Assembly (NCBI GenBank): GCA_002256025.1
Contig: NKIB01014098.1
Coordinates: 1 to 47,776, forward strand
Direction of reading: 5' to 3'
Origin: Asterionella formosa
Lineage: Eukaryota
DNA length: 47,776 nucleotides
In this document: positions 32,078 through 44,736 of the stretch, in pieces
Position numbering within the stretch: position 1 is the first letter of the stretch
Layout: each line of letters begins with the position of its first letter
Position numbers and translations under genes: made by a program
The notes under the pieces: model-generated
Databases searched by the model: none
What the model was told of the DNA's origin: nothing
Seen by the model: the letters and a program-made list of their open reading frames with translations, nothing else

Positions 32078-32833
32078 TAGCACCGCCACCAACCAAGTCC
32101 AACAAGGTTTGTTCCGTTTTAAATATTCTTCAAGTACAAACCAAAGCCCCCCCCCCCCAAATGTGGGAAGTGAAATAATGTGTATACGTGTTGTTAAAAA
32201 TCAGTTTTAAGAAAACTCAAATTATTAAAATCAATCAGTATTACAAACAAGTTAATCTCTATGCCATACCAAAGGCAACAAAGAAATGCCAAAGGCAACA
32301 AAGAAATGGCGACCAGGAATGAAAATCAAACTCATCTATCGAATACATCTATTTCAAAAAATAATCTTGTTGTCTCCTGGAAGTGTCTATGTAATGAATG
32401 TGTTTATTGTCTCTGGATGCGTGTGATGGTGGCGCCCTGGTGTTCAATCAAGTGACTCGTAGAAACCCAAGCTTCAATTACATGTCTGCCGACCAGTCTT
32501 TCTTTTCATGTAAGGAATGAGGATTGATCCAGGAAATTAGAAAGGAAAATTGTTTGAAGTTAGTTAGTTGGTGACATATCAGCCTTTTGTTCATCAACAC
32601 AATTTATCCTTTTCTGTTTGTGGGCTCCACCATTTTATTTGTCGTGCAAGTGTATTATCTATGTCGTGGAATTCTCTAATCATTGGGTAGAATGCGGTGG
32701 CGTGGTAGTCATGCGGCATGTTTACCTCCTTTTCAATGTGTGTAAAATAAGGGTATCTATGGTGTTTCGTTGTGCGTCATCACTGATAAGTCAGCGAAAG
32801 TTCTTCCTTTCATGGAATCATTATGCATCCCGC

Positions 32834-35055
32834 CTAATGGTGCTTCTTGAGTTCCAAATCGATCCGTCTTCGTATTTGCCCCAAATCTGCACTGATAATG
32901 GCCCACCATGCCGCAATAATCATGCACAAAAACAAAACAGGGGGATATCCCAAGACAGTACGGGATCCATCTTGTTGAAGCTGTCCAACTCCAAAGACAT
33001 CCAACATTTTATCCATGAGTGATACCAAAAAGGCTGCCGAGCCACCTCCCCATCGATTGGCCAGGGTGTCAACAATGGGTTTCGCTTCGTAGCGGGCTTC
33101 ATTGGACAAGCCTCTCCATAGTGATTCACGGACAGGTTTCGCAACGGCTAAATTCATGACTCGGGTGCATTCGTCCAACAACAGAAACATGATCAAATTG
33201 GGTGGCTGCCCTTCCGACTGCCGATGCCACCAACAAAGAGTCAAGACTCCCATCAATCGCACGGTAGGCATGAGTACCAGAGTCCCTCTGGGTCCGCATG
33301 AATGAGCAATGAATGCACCGACTCCAGTCGCTTGAAGTGCAAAAATTGCAATGGACGAGGCCATGTTGATTTGTGCCAAAAATGCGGTATCCGATTCTGT
33401 CGTACTGGATGCATTACGATTGGCTACTAGTGCAGCTCGTTGAAAAGAGAGCAAGACGGATGTGGATGCATAGAGTGCATTATACGTGAAGATGGCCATG
33501 AGTAGTCGTGATCTCAAAATGGTTGTAATGCCTCGAAGCAGCCTCTGCGAAAAAGAGTTGTCATTCATTTGCTCTTCAATCGTCGGTTCTAGCGGCACCT
33601 TGTTGATCGAATTTCCATTTAATTCTGAAAGCGATCTGACCTTGTTTAACTCCTTGTGTATGGAATTTCCAGATGCTATGCGCTTCATACTACCTGCGGA
33701 ACCCGATCGCTTCATGCTGGTATCTAAATTAGTCAAATCATTGCAGGAAACAAATTGAGATTGCTCTTCCCAATGCTTCTGCATAATGCGGCCAAGTTCG
33801 ATGGATAATTCTGCCGATAATTCCAATAGCAAGGCAGCCACAACCATGAGACCAGATAGTGATAATACATATGCCATGGACGATGCGATAATGCTGTAGT
33901 TATTTCGGAACCGTAGGAGTTAGTCTAGTATGCGTGTATGTTGATGTGCGTGATGTAACTTGAAAGTTGACGAAAAACTCACCTTCCCAAGATTCCACCG
34001 AGAGTTCCACCAAAGCCGACAAATGCCAATCGCTGCAATCTAGTTTTCGAGTTGGTCATATCATTATTTCTTTTTCTCGCCGCATCTTCATATTCCATCG
34101 CTTCTGTAGTAACCCCCCACACAAGCGACAATGAATGCAGCTTCATCAAATGCACCACTAAAAAGAAAGCCACATACATAACTTGACCCACAATGGTGAG
34201 CAATGACAATGCCCATCCGTCATTCTGTTCCGTCAGCGCGTGAGCATCTGATTTGTACCACTTGACGATCTTGAATCCCACCGCATAACTAAGTAGCGAA
34301 AGCGCGAAGCATCTATAAAACAGTGCCAACGACGTGCCTTGCGTTTCTCCTCTGGTGAGGCCCATGCGCTTCCATAATTGCCTCCGCTTCGGGTCCGGTG
34401 CTTCGAATAGCCAGCCAATGGGTACGGACGAAATGACTGCCAAGAAGGTGGACGCCAGCGTGAGCTTAGGCATGTGTCTGACTCCAATGTCCAATGCGAC
34501 AGCATCTCTCATGGGCGATAATACAAAGTTCGCGCAGGTGACCAGGAGCAGGGCGAAGAATCCGATCCAAGTGGAGGCAGGCGCGTTGGGCAGAATGATG
34601 CGTGCCAGGCACTGGAGGAGTCTTGTCGAGTGGTACATGGGAGCGAATGAGTGCGCCGACGCTGGCGGCGACTGCGGAAGGGCTGGTGAGCCGTGGAAGG
34701 AAACGTTCCCCAACCCGTCTCTGCTTCGTAGCAGCGGGTGCGCCTCGTTCTGTAATTGGCGCTGCACAATGGGGCTGTCGTCGCTGGTGGAATTGTCGTT
34801 GAGCGGGTCCGCGTCTGGTTCAATGCAGAAGGAGCTGCTCGAGGAGTTGGACTCCTTCTTCAGGACGGATGCGTGATGGTTGCTGCTGCTGCTGCTGCTC
34901 GGGAACAGCATGGAGTCGGGTGACAGCGACAGCAGCGAGGACGACGCGGTCAGCACGGTGTCCTCGCAGGCATTGTGGTCCGCGTCGTGGCCGTGCGGGG
35001 CCATTGCTGCGGCTGTCGTTTGCTTTCGGGCGTTTCCTTCGTCGTCGACGAACAT
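32834..35055 (-). CDS. TLC/NTT-like (ATP/ADP translocase-related) MFS transporter; exons 35055-33983 and 33893-32834
   Basis: The GT-AG intron 33982-33894 (branch point GACTAAC) joins VGFGGTLGGILGS-IIASS. Motifs FVLSPMRDAVAL, LAVAKPVRESLW and RYEAKPIVDTLANRWG. First ATG is at 35055 (the track start is a TTG). Confidence 0.82.
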
Positions 35056-36036
35056 TGTAAGGCTCCTTCCTGTGCTTGGAGTCTGGATTCGCTGAACGGC
35101 GAAGTGGAATACCGGTAGAGCGATCCCGGAAAGGGTTCCGCTTGCTTTTGCTCGTGCGTATTCGGTGCGATTCTTATAAATCAACGACGTCGATGCTCAA
35201 CTGGGCGGATGCTTAGAACCGTCTTGGCACTACAGTACCAGTACCGGTATGTTCCGGTACACAGTGTTTTATTTGACTGGCAAGTACGAATCATTCGCCC
35301 TGGAGCAACAGGAGGAATCAAAATGATTTGTTGAGGACACTGCAACAAACGGCAGTTTGCGCACAAGAATTCAGACGGGGGATGGGCAGGCGGGGTACGC
35401 ACGAACTGTAAAACAAGCAATGCATAGGAGTGACTTTACTTGGCACACTATCACCATGCTGAGTCATACCTTGCTTTTAAAACAATATACCAGCAGTAGC
35501 CAGATGACAAAATTGACTTTTGCAGAGCTACCCTATTGAATAGAAAAAGAACACATAAGAATTTCGAGTGTTCATGGAGTGGTGGTATGTTTGGTTGGTT
35601 CTTTAGTACCAATAATAGAGTTGCACCACCATCTGGGAAGACAAGAGTTTCATCAACTGATGGAGAAACATAGAGAAAAAAGGTGGCTGACAAAGACATT
35701 ATGGACTTTAGAAAGGGCACCTTTGTATGGAGTCTTACCCTACAATGCTGTAAAACATTGGGATTGATTCATCATGGAATCTTACCTCAGTCAGCCACCT
35801 ACTATGATGTGGGATCTTCATTGGCTTGAATGACCAGCTAAGGCGGCAAGAGGCACCAAAAAGGCGAAATTTAAGAAAGTCACAGTCGTCCTCGCAAACA
35901 ATGAATTGAGGATTACCGAAAAAACTTGTGATGATTTTGACTTGGACTTGATGTAAGAAGGTAGATTGCTAGATTGAACAAAGCTGCATATTCAAATTGA
36001 ATGAAGTGCTGTAACATAGAATTTTGTCTGTATTAA

Positions 36037-36887
36037 GGTCCTTGCATTTGAACCCCTATTTCAAACTAGGGTTTTAAAATAAAATTGATTCAGAGTAATC
36101 AAACACGCTATTTTCATGAGTGGCAGAAATGGATATGTCTAATACTCTTAATCAAGCTTTAATAATTTGATACCCCTTTTGTATACTTTGTACTAACAGT
36201 CATTGTCAAATTATGGTTATACTAGGTCAATTCTAAATAATGAAAGGATCAAGAATCTGTTTAGAAAGTGCGGAAAGAATTTTTTTACTATACTGAAGGA
36301 CTAGAACATGGATCAAATGGATTATTTGGAATATAGTTAAAATACCAAAGTTCCACCTTTCTTGCCAGAAATTTTTACTATTATAAAATGAAGGTTAATT
36401 GTGTGTTATATTTAAATTCAAACCCCACCAATATTGAGCAATCATTATCTGAAAAGTCAACGAAATTGGCCTTTCCAGCAGTCTCCAAAACATTGGAATC
36501 AGAATCATCTTTACTGGTTCCTAGTACCAAAACATTCTCATCAGAGTAGTAGTCTTATGAGGGGACTTTTAGTTCTAGAATCTTGAGCATTTATACCATA
36601 GTTGAAATTTCTACAGATTTAAATCATTCAAACAGAGTCAATGTTGCTCATAATAAGCTTGTAAAAATTTCCAGGTTTTCCAAGGAAATTCCGCAACCCT
36701 AATGATTTTTGACAATTTCTTGTTTACTAGCATCTAACATCATTAATGTCTATGTAGTCAAAGAATAAAATCCACCATCCATGCATTCTCACTAGGTCAA
36801 GAATAGTACTCTGGCAACAGTTCACTGAATACTCAAAACATAATCTTGAAATTCCAAGCTTTGAGCTCCACAAAAGGCAGGCAGACC
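36037..36887 (-). mobile_element. Copy 3 (inverted, more decayed) of the hairpin-bearing Kolobok-like family
   Basis: TTAA|GGTC...GACC|TTAG ends. The reverse complement of 36440-36510 matches 10281-10350, and the reverse complement of 36037-36110 matches 10698-10769. A residual hairpin lies at about 36255-36370. Confidence 0.62.
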
Positions 36888-37247
36888 TTAGAACTGCTTG
36901 TTGGTTGTCCTATTAATCCAGGCTATTTTGTATTGCAGTGAAAACACCATTATAAAAATTGATTCTAGCAGTACCACCAATAAATTCCCGGGATCGATGA
37001 GCTATATTCAATTTTGTACCGCTACCTTCGATTTCTATAAATCGAGTATTGGTACCTGGTACCATTTTTCGGAAGGTGTCAGATTTGTTGGCGGAAGTTG
37101 CATGGTTGAGTCACTGAGTAGTCGTTTTTAAGGAAGTAGATGATCCAGCGGGATTAAGATGACGAAAATAGGTACAGTTGCCAGAAAGAGATGTGGAGAA
37201 CAAGGAAAATCCTACTCCGGCATCCGTCATATGTATAGCCTACTTCT

Positions 37248-38210
37248 CTAGTCAATGTAAAGCTTCTTATGCTTGTATAGAGGTACCTTTTCCTTGTACT
37301 TTTCAAACAATCCTTCAATCGCTTCACAGTATTTTTGATGCCATTTGTCCACATCATCGTTTGTGGGTTCCAGTATTTGTGGCATCCCCAAAGGCTTGCC
37401 TCTTGCATAGAGACATTTATCATCGCAAGGAATGGGAAGGTACCACTTACCCCAAAAATAGGTTAGTGCCACTCCAAGAGACCGGCTTATGCTCGCCAAG
37501 GGCCCAGACTTAAAAATAGTCAAGACGCTTGTATTGCCAAAAAGGTAAACTGGTACAACATCAACACCTTCTCGCAAGGCCAATTTGATAAACCCCTTTC
37601 GCTTACTTAGAAATAAACGTTCTTCGCTTCTTGATGACTTGAACAATTCTGCAATCCCACCAACATACAAGACGATACATCCATCAATGCCAGATCTGGT
37701 AAACCGCTTTTGAAGAGATGACTTGTCGGCATTCGTTAGGCCATAAATACCCATAACGTGCTTGAGAATAGGCGTATGCATGACGGAGTTTGCCACAGCG
37801 GTATGGACTTTGCGCAAGTCGGGAGGAGCTGCCGGACCCGATGCGATTCCGCAAAAGGAAATGACCCCATGGGGGACGGGAGCGACGATGGATTTCTTGC
37901 CGTTCTTGAGGTCGGCTCGAATTTCGTCATTGGTGTATTCCAGGGCTTCTTCAAAATCAAAATAGTCGAGGAGAGGAGTGAGCTGGCCAACCAGCCAAGG
38001 TGATGCTATGGGAGGAACAAGGGCGCTTATGATGATTGGAGCAGTGAAGAGCAGCGCCGATTTCCAATGAAGGACAAAGAACGACACGATTCCAGCCAGC
38101 AAGTAGAGCGGAGTCAGAATGTAGGCAAGCGAGAAGACTGAGGCAATCAGCAATCCCTGGAGCCAGCGAAAGGATCCGAAGTTGGGGTTGGAGTATACCT
38201 CGTCTGACAT
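37248..38210 (-). CDS. DGAT2: Diacylglycerol/monoacylglycerol acyltransferase, DGAT2 family
   Basis: N-terminal TM hairpin, (V)PHG, YVGGIAE, RKGFIKLA, VPVYLFG and GKPL motifs. An alternative upstream ATG is at 38276. Confidence 0.88.
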   Translation of the reverse strand: MSDEVYSNPNFGSFRWLQGLLIASVFSLAYILTPLYLLAGIVSFFVLHWKSALLFTAPIIISALVPPIASPWLVGQLTPLLDYFDFEEALEYTNDEIRADLKNGKKSIVAPVPHGVISFCGIASGPAAPPDLRKVHTAVANSVMHTPILKHVMGIYGLTNADKSSLQKRFTRSGIDGCIVLYVGGIAELFKSSRSEERLFLSKRKGFIKLALREGVDVVPVYLFGNTSVLTIFKSGPLASISRSLGVALTYFWGKWYLPIPCDDKCLYARGKPLGMPQILEPTNDDVDKWHQKYCEAIEGLFEKYKEKVPLYKHKKLYID

Positions 38211-38397
38211 GACAGCAATATAGATCCCGAGCTGTTCCAGAGAAAGATGGGGACAAAGAAGGATTGAAATCAACATACCGGTAGTTATAGTAGTAAACCT
38301 CTACATAGAGTATTATCAATGGTACAAGGTACCAGTACCTGGTGTCTGTTCCAACCAGTACCTACTGAGCGATCTTGCGCATCAATGCAGATGTATA

Positions 38398-38796
38398 TAG
38401 GGTTAGTGCTATATCCTGCCGGTTTATACCGGAATCAGAACTCAATAATGAGAGAACTCGTTTCCTGAAATTTCCTGAAAGTCATACCGGTAGACATTTT
38501 CCGAAAGTCATAGTCATTTCCTGAAATTCATAGTCATTTGCTATGTGTTCGCTCGTTTTGGCGACTAGATGAATTCTACTTCCGGCATTTATTTTGCTGT
38601 ATAGTGCTATGAATAGAAGACGTTCTTTATATAAGATTAATTGGGCCTTGTCCGGCGACACCTTGTCCGTGTTAGGAAAATGTCCGCCAATTGCTCCCTT
38701 CCGACAAATTAACAGTATTATATACACTAGAAAAAAATTAGTTCAGCATGAATACGGTATACACTTAAACCATAATTTACTGTTCAGGTGACCCTA
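38398..38796. mobile_element. Possible ~400-bp MITE in the divergent promoter
   Basis: TATATAGGGTTA ... TGACCCTATATA inverted ends; internal repeats TTCCTGAAA(G/T)TCATA (38461-38540) and TGTCCG (38650-38690). Confidence 0.35.
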
Positions 38797-38933
38797 TATA
38801 TATTTAGCTTCTATACATTTTATGATAATGTATTCGTGACCTTCCTCGACAGCATGGCGACGTCGGAAGGCTCATCATCACAAGCTCTATTTAGTCTTCG
38901 GCCATTCAATAGCACAACACACTCGTCTGTATC

Positions 38934-39758
38934 ATGTCCTCTACTCCTCTTGATACCGTGAGCTGTCCCCCGACCTTGTCATTGAAAAAAACTAGACACT
39001 CTAGCACCCGAAGATTCCTGGAAAGCTGTAAGATCAAATCTGCGCCGCCACTACTCCCTGCAATTTCGGAGTCTGAAGTCATTTCGTCAAAGAATACGCA
39101 CTTACAATCATTCAATCAAGGAAACGCTAAGCAACGCAAGATGATGGCATTTGATGAAGTCAGCTCGATATATACCCTGGAGAGTGTCAACACTTACAAC
39201 AGCGGAATATCCTCGTTGTACTCAAAAGGCAACAATTCCCTCCAATCCAAGAACAGTGGCAGGTCCATTAACACAAGCAACACTTTTTTCTCTGCCAGTA
39301 CATATGCAACCATGGCCAGCTATACGCCGACGAGAAGACAAGCGACGTTGGGTCCAATAATTTTAGTCATTATGCTGTTTTCTGCCCTGACCGTCAACCA
39401 TGTACAGGAGCACCACGAGCAAATGGCACGATTAATGGCTCGAGCGAGGGGCAAGGGAATCAAACCCATTCCAATCAATCCCAATGCCAAACCAAGTATG
39501 CTTCGAGGTGCTCTTGGTGCTATCTACTTGACTCAAGATTATGAGCGACGGAGTGATTATGCTCCCGTAAACAATATGGCTCATGTGTTTTCGACGCCAG
39601 ATGGCGAACCAAGTGACCCTTGTAGGAAGGAGTTTCAAACGACCACAAAAGATGGCACCAAAGTGGTGGGTATCATGATATTGCCGAATTGCACAAGTTC
39701 TCTGATTGAACAAGGTAGCGACTGGGAAGTTAGTGACGGTGGAGAAAATGGTGAATAA
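38934..39758 (+). CDS. Hypothetical Ser/Thr-rich protein with one predicted TM helix (274 aa)
   Basis: Intact ATG ORF; hydrophobic segment LGPIILVIMLFSALTV. Confidence 0.7.
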   Translation: MSSTPLDTVSCPPTLSLKKTRHSSTRRFLESCKIKSAPPLLPAISESEVISSKNTHLQSFNQGNAKQRKMMAFDEVSSIYTLESVNTYNSGISSLYSKGNNSLQSKNSGRSINTSNTFFSASTYATMASYTPTRRQATLGPIILVIMLFSALTVNHVQEHHEQMARLMARARGKGIKPIPINPNAKPSMLRGALGAIYLTQDYERRSDYAPVNNMAHVFSTPDGEPSDPCRKEFQTTTKDGTKVVGIMILPNCTSSLIEQGSDWEVSDGGENGE

Positions 39759-41029
39759 GTATCTTACTTATAGTGACCTTTGAAATTATTTTAATGGCTA
39801 CCAGTAGTTGATTTTCGTACGCCGTCCACGCCCAGTCTAGCTTCATTTTTCTTGGCTCTATACACAGTCAATTAATTTTGCATGTTCCTTTGGTTTTCGG
39901 CACAAAAAGCATGGGAAATTTTCAATCAATGAGGTCCGAGAATAGTACTGTAACGAGTATCACCCTGGTGAACGTAGCATAATTGCGTGTGAAATAAGCA
40001 ACTAGACCAACCAGTACCTATTTAGTCCCTGGTAACATAGCCTACTACGGGTAGACTTACCAAAAGGGAGGTCGGCAGAAAGCATTTTGCCTTTAGGAAA
40101 GCACATCAATACTTCTAAACAAATTGACATCCATTTAGAGTACATTGTTTTCGTGCCATGAAAATCCCACCAAAAGTGTCCAATGCCAACATAGAACAAC
40201 GCCGTGATGGCAATGACATCTGCAAATTCAAGATTCCCTTCAAGCACCATCACACATCAGCAATACTTGACAAAGCTATAGTGAAAGCTGGTCCCACAAT
40301 GCTGTCCCTACCTTTGTACAGTTAAGCTTGCCCATTGACTATTACATCTGTACATGATGTCCAATGATTCCCAATAGGCAGGTCTGTTGCGTCTAAACAT
40401 TGGTTTTAGATCGATAATGGCCTCAAAGTTACCACCATGGTTGATGGAAGGTTGCTAGCTTTGTTGTGTTATTTGGATTTTAGGGGCATCACAAAATCCA
40501 TTTGCGGTTGATTGTTTTGTCATACCATACCGTAGTCAAGGAAAGGATGCACTATGTGTGTTTTATACTCAAGTACATATACCGGTAGGGTTGTATTGTG
40601 AAGCCTTGAATTGTGGTAAAATAAGTTTTAGTGTTAATTCAAACCCGGAAAACGTGAAAAGTTTTGACTGCACCATGTACACAGGCATTTTTTCCAGGAG
40701 CGAGTCTTGTTAAAATATTTTATTCCGAATTGGGAGAAAACCTCATGATCACCAGCTCCTTTGTTCCATGGTCATGTCAAAAACAGAAATTGTCTAAAAG
40801 AATAATTATTTAAAAAAAGATAAATATGTGGCGTATCACCTAATTATAACTGTGTTCACACGGTTTATGTTGCTGTACAATATATGATAAAAGGCTTTCG
40901 GATTCATAGCTTTGACTATTTTGTCAGAAGTAGCTGTCCAAGCTGTAGTAAGTATTGGTACTAGTTGGAGTGAGAAGGTGGATCGTCCAAAACTTCTCTT
41001 CCGATATCAAATATATATTCTGGGTCCAC

Positions 41030-42076
41030 TTATCGCTTTTCGTCGTGGTCGTTATGCAAAGCCTTGTCCATGAGTTGAAACCTTTTCCTTGCCCTCGCCA
41101 CCATTCTCAAGGTATTCACCCGTTGTGCACTCAAACAGGTTGATGCTACCTTCTTGGGAGAGAGTATATCACGAACATCTTGTTCTAGTTGAGATGTAAT
41201 TGATTCCAGATCCCTCTCTTGTTCTTTCATATCTTTCCATTCTCCATTGCGCAGAATCCATTTGTCTATCCGTTCATTGGTCTGACATGCCTTTTCCAAA
41301 ATCTTGACACAAATCTTAGCCGTAACATCATTATCCATCAAATCCTCGTCTTCCTCCAATATCAATTGTGAATACTTTTCCCAGATTTGATCATATGACA
41401 TGCCCCTAACTTGAAACTTTCCATATCGTCGGAAGGACCGAAAGCCATCATATGCCATGGCGAAAATACGAGCAGGGACGATACAACGCTCACGAGCATA
41501 TACCTTGGCAGCGACCCTGGCTTCGAACGCGAGCGGGGCCAAATCCTCAGGACGAACACCGACCTTGTATAGTTCCAGTAGCGCCTTCGGTAGTAGCGTC
41601 TTGTAGAGTCTACGGGAGGTATTAGCGTCCAGGTCCCCCCAGAATGTGTTTTTGTTACTTCCAAACAAATCCCGCAAGCTGTCCACGTTTGTATAGCGAC
41701 TTGCCCATTCTTGTTTTCGTCGCTCGTATTCTTCTTCGTCTCGCAGCCTCTTTTGTTGCGATGGAAACAATCGCGTCACTGCCTCCGTTGTCCTTCGTTT
41801 CCATGTGGAAATGAGATGGTGATTCGATCGTTTGCTGCTATTGATAGTCGCGATCTGTTGCTGCGATCGAATATCCAGAGAGTGCGAGGCGGAATGGCGA
41901 TTCACATTTTTTGAAGCGTTCGCAAAGCACGAAGGCTTCAGCGGCGAAAAGCCTGTGACTGTTGTGGCCAATAATAGGAAGACTGTTAACAACGAAAATG
42001 CCGATGCCCTGCTTCGAGGAATATTCGTTGCATAGGATTGTTCCAATGTAACTATTCGACTACCTTTGTGTCCCAT
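41030..42076 (-). CDS. Conserved-looking hypothetical protein (348 aa), possibly plastid-targeted
   Basis: Intact ORF. Signal-like FSLLTVFLLLATTVTG|FSP is followed by a Ser/Arg-rich transit-like stretch and a charged helical domain. Confidence 0.8.
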   Translation of the reverse strand: MGHKGSRIVTLEQSYATNIPRSRASAFSLLTVFLLLATTVTGFSPLKPSCFANASKNVNRHSASHSLDIRSQQQIATINSSKRSNHHLISTWKRRTTEAVTRLFPSQQKRLRDEEEYERRKQEWASRYTNVDSLRDLFGSNKNTFWGDLDANTSRRLYKTLLPKALLELYKVGVRPEDLAPLAFEARVAAKVYARERCIVPARIFAMAYDGFRSFRRYGKFQVRGMSYDQIWEKYSQLILEEDEDLMDNDVTAKICVKILEKACQTNERIDKWILRNGEWKDMKEQERDLESITSQLEQDVRDILSPKKVASTCLSAQRVNTLRMVARARKRFQLMDKALHNDHDEKR

Positions 42077-43029
42077 GGTGATACTATCGTATTATTTCAG
42101 TTATGTGAGCTCGTTACAGGCAGTATCGTGGTGAACACGGGTCGTGCTTGCTATTGGATGATTCATTCAAATGATGCTGTGAGCATCATCAAATATTATT
42201 TTAAGCAAAGTGCCCATTTTTTGCCAAACCATCGTGCAAAAAGCGTTGAGAGGGCTTCTCGCCTCGGGCCGTGTTGAGATTCCGATCGTGGTGTTGAAAG
42301 GACGAAAGGGGATGACCATCATGTTGAATGGGAGCTAAGTATCGAGAGACATTGGTATACGTATGCCATATCGGAAGCCAAAGTGCTGACCGCTGACATC
42401 GAATTCGCGTCATCATTCTCATGGATGTCTACAGAAATGAATAGTTTAAATACTGATGCATGCTGTCAGAATACCCATGACGATGCGGATAGAAATCTGA
42501 CGAATGTAAGTGCAATACCTGTACGTATTGCTGCACTAATAGCGCTAAACATAACATATGCAATCTATATCACATACCGGTACCTGGTACCTGGGTACTG
42601 TTGTTGAAAAATATGGCGCCTACTCTAGCGCGCTCCAGTACTGCCCTTGAATGACTGGTCAAGATCTTTCTCGCGCCGCTCGTCTGCATATTTTATTTTG
42701 CTATGTACATAAATCCTGTCTATTTCCGTTTAGACAATCCTCAGACTACATCTGTCTTCGGACACCTGTCGACATCAACAGCCTAATAGACACACTCAGG
42801 CATACTGGTACCAGTTATAAATGGCTTTGAGCCACGTTATTATATCTTTTCCTACTTATTCTAGAAATATGCTAAATTTAATCCCCTCTTTCGCCCTTTG
42901 GCAAGATATTAGTTAGTTCATCAAGCTACATGAGGACTAAATCATTTTTTACTTGAACATATATTAACTGAGATCGCTCTATCCATTTTAAACAAGTGAC
43001 AAAACTGGTCGAAGTGGCTCAAAGCCATT

Positions 43030-44300
43030 GATTAAAATTTTGGCGCACATGCAGTTACTTTTATAGGCGACAGTTCGAAAATATTTATCCTTTTCATGTT
43101 TTTTCGCAGTAGTTGCTTCATTCTTATTCTGGTGGTGTTCCCATTTAATCTTGTCGGTTCCATCAAAGACTCCTCGCATTTTTCGCAGGAGTCGTTGCAT
43201 CGTTCATTCTTAGATCTTGTCATGCAATAGGAGCGACCAAAGGGTGAGGAAGTGGCGCCATTGCAGTTGCAACTGGTACACTGCAGTGTCACCACGCATC
43301 ATGGTGTCATGGTATCTGGTAAGTAGAAGTTACTTTGTTGTTGGTAAGCAATGGAAGATCACTTCTTCTGCATACCTCTTGTTCCTTTTCAGCTGGTCAT
43401 CAATCACTTCAGGATCCAACAAGAACCTGTCTGCAGCAAAGTGAAGTGAGGCTGTGTATCATTTAGTGCTTGCAATCGCTCTTAGTGCTGTTTCTTTTCG
43501 TTGGCAGGCAAGTTTGTCCAGATTTATTCCATTTCTAGCATTCTCATGATTGCGATACTGTATAACCTGATCAAGAAGGGTTTCAGTGATGCCTTGGCTC
43601 AAGTTTAGTCCGGATTGAGGAATGAAATAGACTGGTTGATTATGGTTTGCTTCTGTTTGCAGATTTGAGGTACCTGTCAGTTGAATTTCCGGATGGAGCT
43701 ACAAGTTATAGTTCAATGGACCCAACCTAGTTCAACAACAGATTTTTGCTTTGTAGCGATATGGGCAAAGGATTCATCCCATACTTTCGACACCAGATCA
43801 ACAATGCCATCATTTCAACGTAAAATGCAGCACGGCGCCTTTCCTTTTGGGTGAATAAGTCTCTCTTGCATTTCGTGAGTTAGATATTGAAACTTGAATT
43901 TGTCATCAGGGTAGAAATTGATGAGGTATGTCCTACCAACGACTTGGAATCATTTAGCTTTTAGTAGCAGGTAATTGTAATAGTGAATTAGTTGCCTTTC
44001 CCGCCTGATTTGTTAGCTTCTGCAAATGATACTGGACCATAGCTTTTGTTAGCCAAGCCAGTGTAGCCGCCTTCGATGTAACAATATTCGATATTGCACC
44101 ATACACAGTTTAGCTCTCTTAGTACCACATCATGGTGGCTACTATGCTATTTTCCATAAAAGATGATTTGCTGCTCGTGAACTATGATATATTCCCATAC
44201 AAGTCAATACTTCCAGGTTCACGCAATTTATTTCCCATACACAGTAATGATTCCGATTCAATGTGATAATGGACAAAGAACATAATTCCATGCAAGGTTT
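43030..44300 (-). pseudogene. Highly degenerate DNA-transposase relic (probably pogo/DDE_1-type C-terminal region)
   Basis: Manual translation near 43680-43815 gives IVDLVSKVWDESFAHIATKQKSVVELGW/PLNYNL*LHPEIQ, then LNLSQGITETLLDQVIQYR, with frameshifts and stops. Family assignment is from memory and the boundaries are approximate. Confidence 0.5.
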
Positions 44301-44736
44301 TGCTTCTCTGTCCATGACAGCATATAGCTAACTATGACATTTCGATCTCACAAAACTTTCATGCAGCACACTAAAAATTATCCTGATTGTCCTACTATTC
44401 CTGGTAGCACTTTTGAATGGGCAGATCGTTTCTTAGTTGACCTGCCTGCTGGCTGAGGTAATATTATGGTAAATCAGATAATAGCGTAGTATAATATTCC
44501 CAAGGGTAGGTCTTAACAGAGATACAAATAAATTTTTAAATATTTTAAATTGTCTTTTCAGAAAAAAAGAATCTCTACAGAGATACAGTTCAAACAAATA
44601 TATCTCAGTACCGGCAAAACAGTTAGCCGTTTCTTGGTGTCTTGACAAACATGTGAATCAGACTCCCATCAAAAATATTAGGAATGTGCGCCTCAATTAT
44701 ACAACCTGTCTGACCATCATTACTACTATGACGACT

